This document shows positions 12,476 to 26,060 of a stretch of 64,000 nucleotides of DNA, one piece after another. The notes beneath the pieces were generated by a model. It did not search any database. It was given only the letters and a program-made list of their open reading frames with translations, and was not told the origin of the DNA. Where the stretch lies: contig NC_057752.1 of NCBI RefSeq assembly GCF_004010195.1, forward strand, positions 11,255,160 to 11,319,159, written 5' to 3'. A program made the position numbers and the translations under genes. Positions within the stretch are counted from its first letter, which is position 1. Each line of letters begins with the position of its first letter. Source of the stretch: Chiloscyllium plagiosum (Eukaryota).

Positions 12476-14670
12476 CACTTGAAGAATGGCTATTTGGGTC
12501 TGGGAATGTAAGGGAAACTGTACCCAACAAGGAGTTCAGGTTTCCAGGCCAGGGTGGGAGAAAATTACATCAGCCACTTTTATTCCTTGTGTGGGTTTCA
12601 CTTTGTAATCCTCTCATTTCTCTGCTTTACTGCAGTGAGCAGCGTCCATGAGCAAGCATGACTGAGAAGGATGAAAGTTTACAGGAGGTTCATTTTTGGT
12701 TACATTGTAATTAATGCAATCAGTCGGAGAAAAGCATCACCTGCGATATTTTGAGATTAGGTTCATAATGTAAAATTAACAACCCTTCAAAAAGTTATAA
12801 ATATTCTTTCAAAACCATGACACTGATATCCAAAACTTTAGAAGACCATCACAGCTCTGACAGCGCAAATCACCTTCTTAAAACAATACTAATGTCCGAC
12901 TTTGTTCTCTATCAGGATAGGATAGCATATGTTCATCTTTCCAAATCTGATTTCCTATCCAAATTCATCCTTTGAATGAGCTTTCCTGAGCTGGGAAGGT
13001 AGGTAAGGCATTAACTTCTCCAAATCAACAGGAAATCCATTTATTGTAAGGTGAAACAGTGCCATGTATTAGCTTATGTCCTCTCTGTTGTGAGATGCTC
13101 CACTTAATGGAGAAAAATCACTCTTATTTGGTCAGTCCAAAATAGAAACTCATTTATTAGTAGACAACATGAGAGTTTATGGGATTAAAGTTACAAAGAC
13201 TGTATGAAATGGCTCGAAGACCCAACGAGAGGTATTATCTGGAGCTACATTTGGAAGACACTGAACAGTGGTTTCCTGGGTCAGCCAGCTGTTCAGGCTC
13301 GTGGAATGTTTCACATGCAGTGGAACAGATCTTGATTTTGTGCAATGGCAGCTCTCCTAATGTATTATTTCCAATGACGTTAAGTTGCCAATTGGTTATC
13401 ACCATTTTACACAAAAGCACAAAGCCACAATTACCTACTGTCCTTTTTTATACCATTTCCAGAAAAATTACAAATTGGAATTTTTGAGAAGACATTTACC
13501 ATATGGACTTCCTATGGCATAATATGTACAGGGTGATGCCATCACACCAACCCTGTATTGCAGGATTGCCTTTTCTCATTTATAATAAACCAAAATACTA
13601 AATATGTGACAAAGATGTGACGTGATTGCATTTGAGGAGCAAGTAACTGCATTGGGAAGCCTCCTGGTAGCACCTGAACATCTATTGCAGTAGTAATCTG
13701 ATATTTATATACTTTTTTTTAACGGAAAAAAGTTACTATTTACTCTAAATGTAAAGTATTCAACATTAAAATGCTATGGTTCGGATACTCTGATTAGAAT
13801 ATCTTGCCCCAGGGCCAGGTCAGTATGTAGCCACTATCCTTCCTACCATCGCAGAAGAGACACGAGTTGCAGATTTTTATGGATGTATGGGTTTAATGAG
13901 GCAACATGGTTCATGTTTATGTGCATCGTTGGTTAAATTTGTTTCTGAATTTTGTGAACAACTATCCCTCCATCCTCAGCGTATGTGAGTCTTTTACAAA
14001 TTGAATCTTGGGGTTTGACCTGATTCCAACAAGTCCACATTCATTGACCATCTTTAGTTGTCCCGAGGGCATGAAGAATTAACCATACCGTCTGAGACTG
14101 GAGTCCCAGAATTGTTGTTCTGGCAAGAAACTGAGGTACAGTTTACAGAGTTATTTGGAGACATGGCAATAACAGATAGAAAAGGCTTGCCTGTCTGTCT
14201 AGCCTGCCCCATATAACTGCAAAGTGCTACATGTCTCTATACAGTCACTCCCTACCCACCTGAAGCTGTATTATTTCCTGGGAGAAACCAATTAAAAACC
14301 CCAAACAATTGGGAGAAGGAAGGAAAATTTGTGCTTGACCCCTCTAGACAATCAGACATAGACTAAGAGGTTTCATCAACTCCAATTTATATGACTGACT
14401 ACCTACCTTGTGCACAAGGTGATCATCATTGCAGCCCAAAATCAATCCAACTTTCTTGGAAAAAATTAAGTGAGTCAGCATTCATTGCACCAACTTGTTC
14501 CATGGTTTCATTGTTCTCTGGGGCAGAGAGGAACTGCCCAAAGTTCTCCCCAGTTCTGGTCCCACAGAGTTTGGAAGCATTGACCCTGGGCCTCCCTAAC
14601 CTGTCATGTTGAAATAATTGACCCAAATAAACACCAACCAGTTCCTTCATGAATCTATATTCAGCAAACT

Positions 14671-14760
14671 GCCAGCAAGCAAGCAGCAAGCTAAGCAAGC
14701 AGGCAACAGCAAGCAAACAGCAAGCCAAGCAAGCAGCAAAAGCCAGCAGCAGCAACGGCA
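14671..14760 (+). repeat. Degenerate (GCAA/GCA)n low-complexity repeat
   Basis: gcaagc aagcagcaag ctaagcaagc... This produces spurious Leu/Ala-rich and Gln-rich ORFs. Confidence 0.85.
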
Positions 14761-16683
14761 GTATCCAGTGATAACAACCAAGCAGCGGGCTGAGAGCATA
14801 CAGGCGTAGTAGGGACAGCAGGAGGAGCACAAGACTTCTGAATTGATTTGGAAACTTAAAGCTCGACTGTATTGCCAACTCCCACAGCCCCATTGTGTTG
14901 CCACCTTTGCTTATGCCCCCAATAATGCCAGCTTAATGGAAAAGCTCACTATATTGTTGCCACCATATTGCTCTCACAAGGCAATCAGTATTACTGGAAC
15001 AGGCTGTTGGAGTCTGCTACAGTCACAGTGGTGCTTTTTGATGTGGTGCTCCAGACACACTTGGTCCATTTTCATCACCTCCTCTCTGAAAGTACTGTCT
15101 TTTATTCTGATACACTATATCAAGAGCCCTTCTCCAAGTATGAGCCTAATCAAGGAGTGTTGCCAGCTTATTTCATCACAAGGGCATCAGAGATCAACTG
15201 ACTTAAATGTCCACAAATATGCATTTACCATAGGATTGTCATCAGGAACAGCAGTTCTATTTATTTTTCTAACACAGGAATTCTCAGACTCATTACCATG
15301 CATGGGCTGTTGAAAGATTGGCACAGACCAGGCATCAAGCTTAGGACTGTCTCATTTTGTATTACTGAGCAGATGCTTAGGCAACAACAAACATATTCTG
15401 ATGCAGTGGCATTGTTGTGCATAAAATAGTTATAAATAAAACACACAATCATGGGATACTTTATCCAATAAACCACACAGTATACCTTTAAGTGATATCC
15501 TAAAATCAAGATCTAAATAAGGAAAATAATGAGTTCCAATCTAATTAATGAGTACAACATTTTTTTTGCACAGTTATTTGCTCCTGCGATATTTTGGACA
15601 AATTATATATTTTTTCATGTGATGTTCAATGAAGGTTTCTGAATGCAGTTTAATTTTATTCCCTCCTTTCATGAAATAGCAATAAATGGTCAGCTTTAAA
15701 TGGGCTGTGAACTGACACACAGGGCCCCTGATGGTCATCTGGGTAAAAGCACTGCACAACATTGATCGAAGCCATTTGGACACAAAGGTTCTCGGTTGAA
15801 TCAGCAGTCTGTGTTGAATTAGCTGATCTCAACCAGGCAACAGGAGGACCAAGGAACAGCTGGGTGAAGGACAAGACCAAGACAAAGTAATCTCCTGGTC
15901 AATCTGGAAATGCACAGATTCAGGTGTTGGACAAGAACAGGATCAGTGTGGACTATGATGTTGCTGTATTGAATAGTCTCCTACAGTTGTGGCTAGGATT
16001 TCCTGATTCTGTCCTTGCCAACCCACAATTTTCTGCCATTCACTTGAAGAGGTGGGAAACTGCAATTTGGCAAACTCAGAAACTGAAAGCCTGATACATC
16101 TGTGCATGTGTATTTGGGCAAATTCCCATCCCACCAAGAAGTGAGAAATTTTAGGCAAACAAAAACTTCTTGAGGAAGACAAATGCCTAGGAGTGATTGT
16201 AACGTCACTTCTTGCTCAATGTAGGAATATCAAGGTGTAACTATAGGTTTGAAACTGTTTCCTCCTATCTGAAATTTGCCTAACCTATGGTGTGAAATTC
16301 CTGAGGTAATTCTACACTGCTTATTTTAGGATATTAATATTGGAGATATTTTATAATTTTAATAAATGCAGTAGTTAAAATAATGTTAAGATTAGACCAA
16401 GCCTCTGTTACTATGGTGGCAGGAAGGAGGCACAAGATTTTAATACAAAATTGCTGAAGGACATTCAACTTAATGTTATGGCAGAGCTACAGAATCTTTT
16501 CTTGGATGCAAGTAGTTTTCAGATATATTTATAGATATATTTGATGAGTTATAAGTCATTTTAGGCTTTTTCAGGGTTTATTGCTGTAAGTATTTCCAAA
16601 GTAAATCAACTGAAGGATTTGGGGTAAAAAAGACAGTTGTATTGATATAGCACTTTTCAAAACCATCAGACATTTTCAAGTCT

Positions 16684-16951
16684 GGGTGCCACAGTGGTTA
16701 GCACTGCTGCCTCACATCACCTGAGACCCAGGTTGGATCCCAGCCTTGGGTGACTTTGTGTGGGTTTTGGCTGTATGGGTTTCCTCCCACAGTCCAAAGA
16801 TGTGCAAGTAATGGATTGGCCATGCTAAATTTTCCATAATGTCCAGGGATGTGCAGGCTAGGTGGTTCAGCCATGGGACATACAGGGATGGGAGGGTTTG
16901 TGTGGACCTGATGGGCCAAATGGCCTGCTTCTACACTGTAGGGATTCTATG
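16684..16951 (+). mobile_element. tRNA-derived SINE (HE1-like)
   Basis: Head gggtgccacagtggttagcactgctgcctcac, degenerate B-box, cccacagtccaaagatgtgca core and CR1-like tail. Confidence 0.8.
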
Positions 16952-19509
16952 GATAAGCTCTTTGCAGCTAATGATGCCGTGAAGGTTTTAACTAGTGCAG
17001 ATTCTAATTATTCTGTCATGTGAATGAATGATCGCAGTCTGTCGACAAAAGTGTGGGAGGGCTGGAGATTGTACTCAGCCCACCATGAAGGGGATTGTAG
17101 ATGCTGTACCAATCTACTTGTTACAAAGGCACCAGGGGTAGCAGTCAGCATGTCATCAGAGGGGAAGTAGAGGTTAGAAAGTAGGTTGTGTCCCTGCACA
17201 ACCTATGATGAGAGTGTCGTGGAAGGAATGTAATCAGTATGTCAGAAGGTTGGCTTTGGCTGTTATGAGGTAAGATTACCTGAGATGTAGAACCAACTGC
17301 TGACTTCCAATCATCTGTTTTACACAATCGGACAAAGTCAGGATTGACAGATCAGTTCCGCTATGATGTCTTCCAGTTCATTGTATAGGCCCACACACTT
17401 TGGACAAGCCACCAGAGGGAGTGGCTATAGTTCAGGCCTCAAGATGGACTACTGCGAGTCCACTTTGATTTGAAATGCCCAGAGAAAAACATCACTGGGG
17501 ATATAAGAGGTGTGGTGGGTGTGATGTGAAACAAAAACTGTGCATGCAGTTGTCTTTTCCCACTAAGCAATTCATGCATATATTAGCTAATTGGGAAAAT
17601 GTGGTCAGCAACTTAATAAAGGGAGCATAACGTTCTGAGTTGTGTATAATAGGAAAAGACTGAGAAAGATAACATGAGGAAATGAGAACTGTCACATAAA
17701 GCCGATTAAGAATATAATTTCCTTAAATAATAGGATGGAGAAGACAGTAAAAGTTTCTTATTGTTGGTTTCAAATGGGCACCCATTCATGCTCATGAGAT
17801 GTCATTGCTAGAGGTGGCATAAGCTATCAGTAGCAAAGCTATGAGTGAACATATGCATTCATTACTAATGAACTATATTTGTTAGTTACATTTCATATGC
17901 CTATTCTATTTATATTGCAAGTGCAAAAGAATTTTTATTGAAATAGAAATTTGTTTTCGTATTCTTTCATTTGTGTTTTGGAATGATTTGACAAAATCTG
18001 GTAGACTTCTGTTCTGATTTTAAAGAAAGCAGAAATGTTGCTGTAAATCCTCACTCATAGCCTCCACCTTTGAAGGGGAGTGAAACAACAATTCAGATTG
18101 ACTTACTTTGGGCAGAGTCCTGAATTTATGAGGTGAACTACTGTAACAAGTATTGGGAGCTAACAAACTATAAGTTGTGGATATAGTGATTGTGGTGGGA
18201 TGTGATCATTTCTAGATACAGGAACAACCTGATTGGCTTTTTCTAATCCTATACAAAAAATATGGAACGAAATATTGATTCTGTCAATTACCTGGATGAA
18301 TGATATATATCATAATCTTCGTCTGTTTATTCCAAAAATCCCTGAAAAAGCAGATAAAGAAATCTGTGCATCTATGTCCATATGCATGTACAAAGACATG
18401 TAACATGGCGAACACAGTGGAGTTTCTTCACATGTTGTAAACTCCATGATTTTAATATTTTTTTTCTTGTTGTTGAAGCTAATTAGTTCCTTAAAAACAT
18501 TTTGATTTCCTTTCATCGGTTGTGGAAGATTGCTGAAATAATTAAAATACATGATATGCAGTGAAACCTGTCTTTATTAGTGGAAAGAATGCCACAGCTT
18601 TCTCAGATATGCTGCAGAAGAACTACATTTATATTTTAAGTAATATCGAACTGAACCTTTATAAAGTATTGATTTTGCTAAGGGAAACCTCTTTCGAACA
18701 GGAAGCTGGCAGCCACGGAGCGTCAGTTTTCACAGAGGCCAACACTCCAGAGATAAACAATGTAACTCTAACTTGCTGCAAATCCCATCCTGTAAACTAC
18801 AGGGTGTTTTTTTTTTTTAAGAGCTGTGAAACTGCCTGCATCCAAGCCCGACTGGCATGAACCTCTGACGGTAATTTCCTTCCAAACTCCAGATAATCAT
18901 ATTTCACTCTGGCCATATTAACCTGACTGAATGCAATCTCTAATGTGTTGAAATCACAGAGCAATGAAATTTGTAAAATGAGATTTTTTAAAAAAAAACC
19001 TGCTGCTCAGTACTCTGAACAACTCAAATAAAGCAATGCAGTCATCAGCGTTCAGTTCATCAGTATTGAAAGTGGCATATTTGATTTGCTACAACATCAC
19101 ACTCCATTTTTGTATTTACTAAAAATTGTAAGTAGTTTAAAATATACTCAAAATAAGATGAAATGGATGATTATTTTTTAAAAATGACTCCCTGACATGA
19201 AAGGGTGCAATAAGTACATGATCTCTTTATGACTAATTGTACTGTCTTTTTTCTTTGTTGCTGAGTTTAAATTCTAAAGATTGTAATTAATAGTCAAAGA
19301 AATCAGTAACAGAAAAATTCCCCGGGTCTGCAAGCAATATATAATTGTGAATAATGGTCTGCTACTAATAATTTGTGGATAGAAGCTGAAAGAAGAATAA
19401 TAAAGCATTATTTTAACAGTACAGAACTAAACATTTGTGTTGTGTTAACTTATTGCATTGAACTAGATTGCTCATTTGATAAACTCCCATTTACCTTGGT
19501 AATTTGTGG

Positions 19510-21860
19510 GTTAGAACATAGAATATTACAGCGCAGTACAGACCCTTCGGCCCTCGATGTTGCGCCGACCTGTGAAACCAACCTAAAGCCCATCTAAACT
19601 ACACTATTCCATTTTCATCCATATGTTTATCCAATGACTATTTAAATGCCCTTAATGTTGGCGAGTCCACTACTGATGCAGGCAGGGCATTCCACACCCT
19701 TACTACTCCCTGAGTAGAGAACCTACCTCTGACATCTGTCCTATATCTATCACCCCTCAATTTAAAACTATGTTCCCTCGTGCTAACCACCACCATCCAA
19801 GGAACAAGGCTCTCACTGTCCACCCTATCTAATCCTCTGATCATCTTCTATGCCTCTATTAAGTCTCCTTAAGTCACCTAACGAAAACAGCCTCACGTCC
19901 CTCAGCCTTTCCTCGTAAGACCTTCCCTCCACACCAGGCAACATCCTGATAAATCTCCTCTGAACCCTTTCCAATGTTTACACATCCTTCCTATAATGCG
20001 GTGACCAAAACTGTATGCAATACTCCAAGTGCGGCCGCACCAGAGTTTTGTACAGCTGCAACATGGCTCTGAAACTCAATCCCTCTCCCAATAAAAGCTA
20101 ACATACCTTACAACCCTATCAATCTGGGTGGGCAACTTTCAGGGATCTATGCACATGGACACAGAGATCTCTCTGCTCATCCACACGACCAAGAATCTTA
20201 CCATTAGCCCAGTACTCCGCATTCCTGTTACTCCTTCCAAAGTGAATCACCTCACACTTTTCCACATTAAACTTCATTTGCCACCTCTCACCCCAGCTCT
20301 GCAGCTTAGCTATGTCCCTCTGTAACCTGCAACATCCTTCAGAACTGTCCACAACTCCACCGACCTTAGTGTCATCCGCAAATTTACTAACCCATCCTTC
20401 TACGCCCTCATCCAGGTAATTTATAAAAATGACAAACAGGAGTGGCCCAAAACAGATCCTTGCAGTTCACCACTATTAACTGAACTCCAAGATGAACATT
20501 TTGCATCAACCACCACCCTCTGTCTTCTTTCAGCTAGCCAATTTCTGATCTAAACCACTAAATCACCCTCAATCCCATGCCTCCATATTTCCTGCAATAG
20601 CCTACCATGGGAAACACTATCAAACGTTTACTGAAATCCATATACACCACATCAACTGCTTTGCCATCATCCACCTGTTGGTCACCATCTCAAAGAATTC
20701 AATAAGGTTTGTGAGGCACCACCTACCCTTCACAAAACAGTGTTGACTATCCCTAATCAAATTATTCCTTTCTAGATGATTATAAATCCTATCTCTTATA
20801 ATCCTTTCAAAACTTGCCCACAACTGAAGTAAGGCTCACCGGTCTATAATTACCAGGATAGTGTCTACTCCCCTTCTTGAATAAGAGGACATTTGCAGTC
20901 TTCTGGCACCAGTCCTATAGACAATAATGACATGAAGATCAAAGTCAAAGGCTCTGCAATCTCCTCCCCAGCTTCCCAGAGAGTCCTAGGATAAATCCCA
21001 TCTGGCCCAAGAGACTTATCTATTTCCACACTTTCCAGAATTACTAACAACTCCTCCTTGTGAACCTCAATCCCGTCTAGTCAAATAGCCTGTATCTCAG
21101 TATTCTCCTCAACAACATTGTCTTTTCCCTGTGTGAATACTGATGAAAAATATTCATTTAGCGCCTCCTATCTCTTTGGACTCCACACACAACTTCCACT
21201 ACTGCCCTTGACTGGTCCTAATCTTATCCTAGTCATTCTTTTATTCCTGACATACCTATAAAAAGCTTTAGGGTTTTCCTTGATTCTACCTGCCAAAGAC
21301 TTCTCATGTCCCCTCCTGGCTCTTAGCTCTCTCTTTAGGTCCTTCTTGGCTGACTTGTAACTCTCAAGCGCCCTAACAGCCTTCGCGTCTCCTCTTGACA
21401 TAAGCCTCCTTCTTCCTCTTGACAAGAGATTCAACTTCTTTAGTAAACCACGGTTCCCTCACTCGACCACTTCCTCCCTGCCTGACAGGTACATACTTAT
21501 CAAAAACACGCAGTAGCTGTTCCTTGAACAAGCTCCACATTTCAATTGTGCCCATCCCCTGCAGCTTCCTTCCCCATCCAATCCATCCTAAGTCTTGCCT
21601 AATAGCATCATGATTTCCTACCCCCACAGCTATAACTCTTGCCCTGTGCAATATACCTATCCCTTTCCATCGCTAAAGTAAACGTAACTGAGTTGTGGTC
21701 GCTACCACCAACGTGCTCACCTACCTCAATTCTAACACCTGACCAGGTTCATTACCAATACCAAATCCAGTGTGGCCTCACCTCTTGTTGGCCTATCTAC
21801 TACTGTGTCAGGAAACCCTCCTGCACAATTGGACAAAAACTGACCCATCTAAAGCATTTG
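19510..21860 (-). mobile_element. CR1 LINE, 5'-truncated, about 2.3 kb, frameshifted
   Basis: Minus-strand ORFs carry [59 protein letters not shown] and TQGVVRVWNALP. A (TTCTA)-like tail sits at the left end. Confidence 0.92.
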
Positions 21861-23314
21861 AACTATGTCTTTCTAATAGAGGGAGGACAATCGGTTAAAT
21901 ATAGTTTGAAAGTTACCACTCTGCTAGTTCTTTCTACAACAAATACAAACTGACAGAAGTTACATTAATGCCATGAACAAGCATTCAAAGATATTCCACA
22001 TAACTACAATGCGTGCAAATCACTTTCAACTAAGTACGAACACAATGTTATCAGTGAACTTAAAATATTCAATTCTTCCATATTGCTCACTCTTGCTCTC
22101 ATTTTCTGTTGTTCACTAAATTACTACCGGGCCAAGGCAAACTTGATTACATAACTGTCCGAATGTTTGAAATGAGAAAAGTTATCGGGGACATCTAAGC
22201 TACATTACTTTGTCAATAACATAGCGTGGTTCTCTTAAATTCTCATTCCAACCTGCACAACTTGCTTTCAAAACTTTTTTTTCTGAGGGAGCGTAAGATA
22301 TGTTTATCTGATAAACAGGTATCTTTCCCTTGAAGGTGACAGCATTGTCACACTCTGTGGTAAATTACCTTGTTTTTATAACGATAGGACTCCCCCAGTT
22401 TTGAATAATATTCTCCATTCTCTTTCTGTCTGTGGCTGGAGCAACAGGATGAAATGAACTACTTAGAAATCCACAAGAGCAGCTTGGAATAGTTGTATGT
22501 CTGGTTTTCACTTTCTCTAGAAAAGCAGCTGGATTATGCTTGATTTCTCTCCATGTATTCCCCTCTGTTTCTTCTTGCTGAAGATTGAATAGAATACTGA
22601 AATCACTATTTCCTTTGCAAAGCACTGTACCCAAAATACAAGTTTAACAGCTCTGTACAAGCACCAAATTCAAAAGTAAATCCAATTATTAATGTGGCAA
22701 ATCCCAGTATATATTCCCTTTTTGATTCCTCTTTCAGGTCATAAAGCATTTACTGGCTGAACTGCCAGTCAATCTTCTGTTCCCCTATCACTCCAATACT
22801 GCTCTGCAACCAGCTATCTCTGGGTAAACCCCTTACCATTCAGCCGTCCTACACAGAATTTAAATCTGGAATAAATGCAGTGAATCTCCTGTATTGATAC
22901 CAGATGGTCACCAGGTTCATTTGACTGTAGAATGTTTATCTGAAAATGTACAGAAATAATTTCCAACTATCCAGTTAAAACAGGGTCTCAGTGAATAATC
23001 GCACTAAGGAGTCCTGCGCTGAATTAATCTAGTGCAAGGTTGTACTCAGTAGCAGAGTGGAGCCAGTTACCACTGATGCTGAGGCTAGGGATACCATCAT
23101 TTTAAAAGCTTGTCCCAAGAAGCTCAAAAAACTCTCCAGTATTACCTTTCAACACTTCACATGCTCTGCATAAAATAAAATGTGTTGCAATCTAATGTTA
23201 AATTGTCATTGTCGAATACTTGTAAATGCAAAGTATATGTTACCATAGTCAGAGCTGATAGCAGCACACACCACCATTCCCTTTGAGAACTCCAGACTCC
23301 AAAGATTCAAATTC

Positions 23315-23950
23315 AAATAGAGTCATACAGCATGGGAACAGACCCTTTGACCCAACTCATCCATGCCGACCATGTTCCCAAACTAAACTAGTTCCATTTG
23401 CCTGCATTTGGCCCATACCCCTCCAAACCTTTCCTATCCATGTACCTGGCCAAATGTCTTTTAAATATTGTACCTGCACCTGCATCTACAATTTCCTGTA
23501 GCAGTTCATTCCACATATGCACTACCTTCTGTATGAAAATGTTTCTCCAAGATCCCTTTCAAATTTTTCCCCTCTCACCTTAAAATTATGCCTTCTAGTT
23601 TTGAAGTCCCCCACCCTAGGGAAAAGACCTTTGCTGTTCACCTTATCTATGTCCCTCATGATTTTATAAACCTCAGTAAGGTCACCCCATAACCTCCGAC
23701 ACTCCAATGAAAAAAGTCCCAGCCTATCCAGCCTCTCCTTATGACTCAAACCCTCCAGTTCTGGTAACATTCTTGTAAATCTTTTTCACATCCTCTCCAT
23801 TTTAATAACATCCTTCCAACAGCAGGGTGACCCGAACTGTACACAGCACTCCAAAATATCTGCCATTTCTTGGCCCAGTTGATCAATATCCCATTTCACT
23901 CTTCGATAGCTGTCTTCATTGTCCACTATACCACCAATTTTGGTCATTGA
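23315..23950 (-). mobile_element. CR1 3' fragment
   Basis: ORF 23522-23770 (ERLDRLGLFSLECRRLWGDL) plus CR1 tail. Confidence 0.85.
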
Positions 23951-24094
23951 AAGCAACCATAAAAATGTGCTAGATTTGAATAACACATTTGAAAATAACT
24001 TTGTTGTATGTTCGACAGAAAAATAGTGCTACCAACAATTTATTTGTTTGAAAGGTGCTTGGCTCCTTCCTCCAACTTTTCAGGTCCCAATGGT

Positions 24095-24215
24095 AGCCAC
24101 GATGTGGAGTTGCCAATGTTGGACTGGGGTGGACAAAGTCAGAAGTCACATGACAGCAAGTTGTAGTCCAACAGGTTTATTTGAAATCACATGCTTTCGG
24201 AGCACTGCAGCAAAT
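24095..24215 (-). mobile_element. Penelope-like terminal repeat fragment
   Basis: Similar to the 42845/43218/62405 repeat family (gtgttggactggggt..., tagtccaacaggtttatttg, gctttcggagc). Confidence 0.6.
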
Positions 24216-24589
24216 CAGGAACTCCCATTGTCGGTTCAGCATCCCATTAAGAATTGGATTTGCCGCTGATCGCAATTCTAAGCTCCAAATGGGGGATACC
24301 ATTGTCTTCTTCAAATGCACGCTCAAAACCAGAACACAAGGCTGCCACTCTAATTTTCTGCCATGTATTTGGGGCAGAAACCTCTGCTGCTCCTTTCCAG
24401 GTGTGGGTTACCTACCCCAATGTTTCAAACAAGCTCACCCCATAATTAGAAAAGGGACAGATGGCGTTGTCAGCTGATACTAGTAGTCACTCTGCTATAA
24501 TTCCAAAGCCAGACTGGAGCTCCAATAATGTTTTTCACCTACTTTGAGGGAGACATGAAGGCAGGAACACATTAAGCATGCCTCTGTGA

Positions 24590-25065
24590 ATTTGAACAGC
24601 ACTAAAGCTCTGGTGCCTGTTTCCTAACTTGCATCAAGTCCCATTCTCTCATTATCACTACCCATGCTCACTCACATTGGCTCCTAGTCCAGGTGATGCC
24701 TAGATGTTATCATTCCCATCCTTGCCCTCAAAACCCACCATCTCTCCTCCCTATTCTTGGAACCTCCTCCAGCTCCATAACCCTCCAGGACCACTTAAAC
24801 GCCTTGAATTCTAGCCTCTTGTGTATTAACAATGTCCATCACTTCACCATTGGGGGCTATGCCTTCAGCTGCTCAGAGCCTAACCTCTGGAACTCCCTAT
24901 ACCCCACCACCATCACCTCCTTCTTTAAGATACTCTTAAGACCTATCCTCTTGAATAATTTTTGGTCATCTCAAGTGACTTGGCATCAAATTTTATTTGA
25001 CAAGACTGCTTGTGAGACACCGTTGACCACATGAACTGCTTTATAACTATAAGTTGTTATTGTAG
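24590..25065 (+). mobile_element. L2-like LINE 3' end
   Basis: Translation includes HWL..., IGGYAFSCSEPNLWNSL and SFFKILLR, typical of the L2 C-terminus. Confidence 0.6.
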
Positions 25066-25189
25066 GAGATCTCCATAGGCATTGCTCATTTGCTGTCCAA
25101 GATCGATACTGGGTGGGATTTTACACAGGTTTGAGCAGCAGATGCTATGGCATGATGTGTGCCATAATCCAATGAGAAGTCTCACAGAG

Positions 25190-25512
25190 GTTTATAAACT
25201 CATGAGAAGGTGAATAGCAAAGGTCTTTTCGCGAAAGTAGGGGAGGTCAAAACTAGGGGACATATTTTTATGGCGAAAGGAAAAAGATTTCAAAAAGAAA
25301 GTGGTTTGTGTGTTAAATGAATTTCCAGAGGAAGTGGCGCATGCAGGTACAGTCACAACATTTGAAATACATTTGGATAAGTACATGAATGTGAAATGTT
25401 TGGAAGGATATGGGCCAAATGCAGGCGGGGGGACTAGTTTAGTTTGGATACATGGTTGGCGTTGACTAGGCGTACGGAAGGGTCTATTTCCATGTGTATG
25501 CTATGACTCTAT
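25190..25512 (+). mobile_element. CR1 3' fragment
   Basis: CR1 3' end with ctatgactctat tail. Confidence 0.8.
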
Positions 25513-25527
25513 AAGTCCAGTGAGGCC

Positions 25528-26060
25528 TATAGAGTCATAGAGATGTCCAGCACGGAAACAGACCCTTCGGTCCAACCCGTCCATGCCGACCAGATATCCC
25601 AACCTAATCTAGTCCCACCTGCCAGCACCCGGCCCATATCCCTCAAAACCCTTCCTATTTATATACCCATCCAGATGCCTTTTAAATGTTGCAATTGTAC
25701 CAGCCTCCACCACATCCTCTGGCAGCTCATTCCATACACGTACCACCCTCTGCATGAAAAAGTTGCCCCTTAGGTCTCTTTTATATTTTTCTCCTCTCAC
25801 CCTAAACCTCTGCCCTCTAGTTCTGGACTCCCCCATCCCTGGGAAAAGACTTTGCCTATTTACCCTATCCTTGCCCCTCATGATTTTATAAACCTCTATA
25901 AGGTCACCCCTCAGCCTCCGACGCTTCAGGGAAAACAGCCCCAAACCTGTTCAGCCACTCCCTATTGCTCAAATCCTCCAACCCTGGCAACATCCTTGTA
26001 AATCTTTTCTGAACCCTTTCATGTTTCACAACATCCTTCTGATAGGAAGGAGACCAGAAT
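25528..26060 (-). mobile_element. Young CR1 3' fragment
   Basis: ORF 25609-25944 (GLFSLKRRRLRGDLIEVYKIMRG...GRWD) with tail. Confidence 0.9.

Larger units (their letters stand above)
10038..19425 (+). other. Candidate long 3'UTR / downstream region of the POU6 gene
   Basis: No young LINE copies over about 9.4 kb. Candidate poly(A) signals include AATAAA 13584, ATTAAA 13765, AATAAA 16361, 19027 and 19399; the last has a GT-rich tract downstream. Confidence 0.4.

Noticed and set aside
14426..14904. Leu/Ala-rich ORFs that look like membrane proteins
   Set aside because: Produced by the (GCAA)n low-complexity tract.
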